Assembly: GCA_964579625.1 (NCBI GenBank) | Contig: CAZOGU010000001.1 | Location: 8,572 to 72,571 of the forward strand | Source of the DNA: an uncultured Pseudobdellovibrionaceae bacterium | GTDB lineage: Bacteria > Bdellovibrionota > Bdellovibrionia > Bdellovibrionales > JAGQZY01 | Length of the DNA: 64,000 nt | Direction: 5' to 3' | Shown here: one piece after another, positions 61,345 through 64,000 of the stretch | How the letters are laid out: each line of letters begins with the position of its first letter | How positions within the stretch are numbered: position 1 is the stretch's first letter | Notes under the pieces: generated by a model | What the model was told of the DNA's origin: nothing | What the model saw: the letters and a program-made list of their open reading frames with translations, nothing else | Database searches by the model: none | Program-made: the position numbers and the translations under genes

Positions 61345-62060
61345 GCAGGATCCAATCTCCAATCTATGGGAGAAAAACCTTTTTCTTTGAGGAACGCATT
61401 GGTTTTAGAAAAGTGTTTGCATCCCAAAAATCCACGATGCGCCGAAAGTGGTGACGGATGCACCGATTCTAAGACGAGATGTTTTTGGCGATTGATAAAC
61501 TCACCTTTTTTTTGCGCGTAGCTGCCCCAGAGTAAAAACACCACGGGATTGGATTGTTCGTTGATAATGCGAATCACTTGATCGGTGAATCGCTCCCAGC
61601 CGCGAGCGCGATGGGATGCGGCCATTCCGTCTTGCACGGTGAGAACACTGTTAAGAAGTAAAACGCCTTGCTGAGCCCAATAGGATAAACACCCATGTTG
61701 CGGAATGGGCAGTTTTAAATCTTGATGAATTTCTTTAAAAATATTTTTAAGCGACGGCGGTGGCGGCACACCTTTTTGAACAGAGAAACAAAGTCCGTGA
61801 GCTTGCCCGGGACCATGATAGGGATCTTGGCCCAAAATCACCACACGCACTTTTTCGAGCGGCGTGTGTTCGAAGGCCGCGAAGTACTCTGGCGCTTTTG
61901 GATATATGATTTTGTTGCTCTTGAGTTCGCTGGCCAAAAAGGCGCGAAGCTCTTTCATGTACGTTTGTTCAAATTCGCTTTGCAAAGCTTTTTTCCAACT
62001 TGGCTCAAGCTTGATGGAATCGGTGGATGTGGCGGATGAGGTTTGCATACAACCTGTCAT
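61341..62060 (-). CDS. ung: uracil-DNA glycosylase
   Basis: ...[22 protein letters not shown]... and ...HPSPLSA.... Confidence 0.95.
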   Translation of the reverse strand: MTGCMQTSSATSTDSIKLEPSWKKALQSEFEQTYMKELRAFLASELKSNKIIYPKAPEYFAAFEHTPLEKVRVVILGQDPYHGPGQAHGLCFSVQKGVPPPPSLKNIFKEIHQDLKLPIPQHGCLSYWAQQGVLLLNSVLTVQDGMAASHRARGWERFTDQVIRIINEQSNPVVFLLWGSYAQKKGEFINRQKHLVLESVHPSPLSAHRGFLGCKHFSKTNAFLKEKGFSPIDWRLDPA

Positions 62061-62325
62061 TTTTAGGGGACAAAGCAGAGGTGGTCAAGGAGAGCGAAAT
62101 GTCTCGTTTTTAGACAACAAAAGTAGCTAAACCCATCAACCGTCTCTGTGTTTAACCAGCTCCCCTTTAAACCTATCCTATAACGATTTTAGTGAGCTTG
62201 GACTCGACCTTGACTTGATGGAAAAAAATCGCACTTTTATGTTAGAATATTAATGTGGGTTGTCATTTTGAGACCCGCACCAGAAGCCTCTGACAGAGGA
62301 TCTGAGTGAGCAAAAAGGAGGGCTT

Positions 62326-62676
62326 ATGTTTGCTATGAACCTCAATAAGCTCAACGTCAATGAGGCTGAGTTAAAGGCTTTTATTTACCAACAGCTTAAC
62401 GAAATTCAGCCCTTTGTTGGTGAGTCCGAAGTAGGCATAAAAATGACCTACACGCCCGAAAATCAATTCTTGGTCCGTATGCAAGCCTCGCACGAAGCTG
62501 GTGATGTGGAAGTTGAAGGCACTAACGAAGATGTGTATTCCGCCCTCTCACAAGCCAAGCATGCCTTGATTCGCACTTTTTCGTCTTTGGATAACACCGA
62601 ATCTGAAGAAGAGACGGATGAAAAACGTGATGTGGAAATTCAATCTGTTCTTACGAAGAAAGATGTGAAGCATTAA
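62326..62676 (+). CDS. HPF/RaiA (S30AE)-like small protein with an acidic C-terminal tail
   Basis: AAGGAGGG RBS. The pattern ...NVNEAELKAFIYQQLNEIQPFV...VGIKMTY...FLVRMQA...GTNEDVYSALSQAKHALIRTF fits the S30AE fold. Confidence 0.45.
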   Translation: MFAMNLNKLNVNEAELKAFIYQQLNEIQPFVGESEVGIKMTYTPENQFLVRMQASHEAGDVEVEGTNEDVYSALSQAKHALIRTFSSLDNTESEEETDEKRDVEIQSVLTKKDVKH

Positions 62677-62759
62677 ATGATGTTTTTGAAATGGAGTCGT
62701 CATAGAACTGTCTTGCACTTTTAAATAACACAAAAGATACTTTCTCAAAAGGAATTATC

Positions 62760-63125
62760 ATGACAAAAATCTCCCTGTTCTTAAGCCTCATTACTTTTTT
62801 TACATTGAATGCCTTTGCCAACACCGAAGGGCTGACGGCGCAGCAAATCCAGCAAACAATTCAGAAATATATGGGCAATGTGCTCAATTGCTACGATCTC
62901 GAAATAAAGAAAAATCCTGAACTGAATGCGGGTCGCGTAGTTTTGTCATTCGATGTTGAGCTTGATGGCAAGATTTTGAATTCTGCTGTGACCAAAACGA
63001 CTTTACATCATAAAAAAGTGGAAGCTTGTATTGTAGAAAATAGTCGAACTTGGATCTTTCCAAAACCCACAGGAAAAAAGCCGGTTCAAGTTAAATACCC
63101 CTTTGAGTTTAAAAAATCGAAATAA
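62760..63125 (+). CDS. secreted AgmX/PglI C-terminal domain protein (TonB-C-like fold)
   Basis: Signal peptide. ...IQKYMGNVLNCYDLEIKKNPELNAGRVVLSFDVELDGKILNSAV...VEACIVENSRTWIFPKP...VKYPFEF. Confidence 0.6.
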   Translation: MTKISLFLSLITFFTLNAFANTEGLTAQQIQQTIQKYMGNVLNCYDLEIKKNPELNAGRVVLSFDVELDGKILNSAVTKTTLHHKKVEACIVENSRTWIFPKPTGKKPVQVKYPFEFKKSK

Positions 63126-63140
63126 GCTCCCTTGTACTCA

Positions 63141-63160
63141 AAGTAGAGCCGCTTCTACTT
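63141..63160 (+). terminator. hairpin AAGTAGA-GCCGCT-TCTACTT after the AgmX-like gene
   Basis: 7-bp stem. The T-run (TATTTTTTT) appears only about 15 nt downstream. Confidence 0.3.
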
Positions 63161-63229
63161 GACTGGATGCTGCTATTTTTTTAGAACAGACTGTGGTGCA
63201 ACTAATAAGAATCCAAACTATTTCATCCA

Positions 63230-64000
63230 ATGAGTAACTCTACGAACGTTGCTCCTCAGCGGGTTTTGTTTGTACGCATGGATCGCATTGGAGATCTCAT
63301 TCTCACTCTCCCCGCCGATCAGCATCCACTTTTTACTACGTCTGAGACGTTTTGGTTTATTTCGCAAGAACTTGGGTTTGTTCCACAAAATGCAGTTCCC
63401 AAAAGATCATTTTTTGAATGGAAGAAGGATTTTTCTTTTTCTCAGTTTTTTTTGTTTGTCAAAAAAGTGCATGAGCTTAAACCCGACGTGAGTGTTTCGT
63501 TTCATTCTCCTTGGTGGGTGACCTTGGCGTTATTTTTAGCGCGTGTGCCTCGACGAGTGGGTGTGTTGAGCTCATGGCACTCGTATCTTTTTTTAAATCG
63601 TGGCCTTCGGCAAAAGCGCAGTCGCTGCGAACTGCATGAACTGGATTACAACCACCAACTGATTCAAAAAACTCTCGCTCCAGATCAACCAACAGAGCCC
63701 TCTCATTTGCAGCTCTCAGCCACACCAGAAAATCTGAAACTCCCAGCCAGGTACGTTGTCATTCACCCTGGGATGGCGGGCTCGGCCCTCAACTGGCCGC
63801 TCTCACATTATCATGAATTGATTCAAACTTTAGTTGCTCAGACAAGCGTGGTTATCACGGGCACCGCTATAGATCGAAAAATCCTTGAGCCTCTTCGATC
63901 AACTCTTCCGGCTTCTGCGCAAATTGTTTGGCTCAACGAACAGCTAAATCCCCAGCAATTGCTCTTTGTTTTGCAAAACGCCAACGTGGTTTTTGCCCCT
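63230..64000 (+). CDS. glycosyltransferase family 9 (LPS heptosyltransferase), truncated at the window end
   Basis: I translated this by hand. The frame is open from ATG 63230 to the end of the window, 257 codons with no stop. The sequence MSNSTNVAPQRVLFVRMDRIGDLILTLPA...YVVIHPGMAGSALNWP... is typical of GT9. It is absent from the ORF track because it has no stop codon. Confidence 0.75.
   Translation, partial: MSNSTNVAPQRVLFVRMDRIGDLILTLPADQHPLFTTSETFWFISQELGFVPQNAVPKRSFFEWKKDFSFSQFFLFVKKVHELKPDVSVSFHSPWWVTLALFLARVPRRVGVLSSWHSYLFLNRGLRQKRSRCELHELDYNHQLIQKTLAPDQPTEPSHLQLSATPENLKLPARYVVIHPGMAGSALNWPLSHYHELIQTLVAQTSVVITGTAIDRKILEPLRSTLPASAQIVWLNEQLNPQQLLFVLQNANVVFAP

Noticed and set aside
62205-62250. 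TTGACT / TTGATG and TGTTAGAAT upstream of the 62326 gene.
   Set aside because: The -35 candidates are 22-27 nt from the -10. Only an extended -10 (TGnTAGAAT) remains, which is too weak to call without TSS data.
63249-63725. Track ORFs 63249-63491 (+) and 63477-63725 (-).
   Set aside because: Both are displaced by the open-ended GT9 heptosyltransferase frame starting at 63230, which shows convincing family motifs.

Overview
The window is ordinary bacterial chromosome with dense coding on both strands. I saw no rRNA or tRNA genes, CRISPR arrays, transposases or integrases. By eye it is moderately AT-rich. The gene content includes a FliW-CsrA pair, a rod-binding-only FlgJ, an AgmX/PglI-type C-terminal domain protein and many lipoproteins. 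That mix suggests a Bdellovibrio-like or deltaproteobacterial-type flagellated Gram-negative; this is inference, not proof.

Main blocks:
- 1-10.2 kb: housekeeping and envelope genes (mscS, rfaE2-type adenylyltransferase, rsmE, prmA, a zeta-toxin-like ATPase, a TonB-like protein, an amidohydrolase).
- 10.4-20 kb, minus strand: one large flagellar cluster, flgF-flgG-flgA-flgH-flgI-flgJ(rod-binding only)-flgM-flgN-flgK-flgL-csrA-fliW. A lytic transglycosylase is transcribed divergently from it.
- 21-29 kb: mixed metabolism and transport, plus an AT-rich islet of small ORFs with strong ribosome-binding sites.
- 30-36 kb: a peptide-type ABC importer.
- 37-50 kb: redox and housekeeping genes (trxB, trmB, ggt, nnrD, a CDF transporter and others).
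- 50.4-56.2 kb: an iron-type uptake cluster (Fe3+-type binding protein, imelysin-like protein, TonB-dependent receptor, polytopic membrane protein).
- 56.4-62.1 kb, minus strand: a translationally coupled ung-aroB-aroA-(aroK-aroD-aroE fusion)-aroC operon.
- 62.3-64 kb: small proteins and a truncated GT9 heptosyltransferase.

Most interesting non-coding signals:
- A GGA-rich, hairpin-studded RNA candidate lies in the flgI-flgJ spacer of the csrA/fliW-containing cluster. Matching ACA-R-GGAUG-type sites sit at several translation starts.
- Two sigma-54-like promoters are positioned to give leaders of only 3-4 nt.
- A roughly 140-nt hairpin has its non-Watson-Crick pairs as G:U only on the plus strand.
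- A short repeat family shows a compensatory stem change between copies.
- A CCAAAAGGTAC inverted-repeat motif is shared by two divergent promoter regions.

All functional calls rest on motif and fold recognition by eye. No database search was possible.
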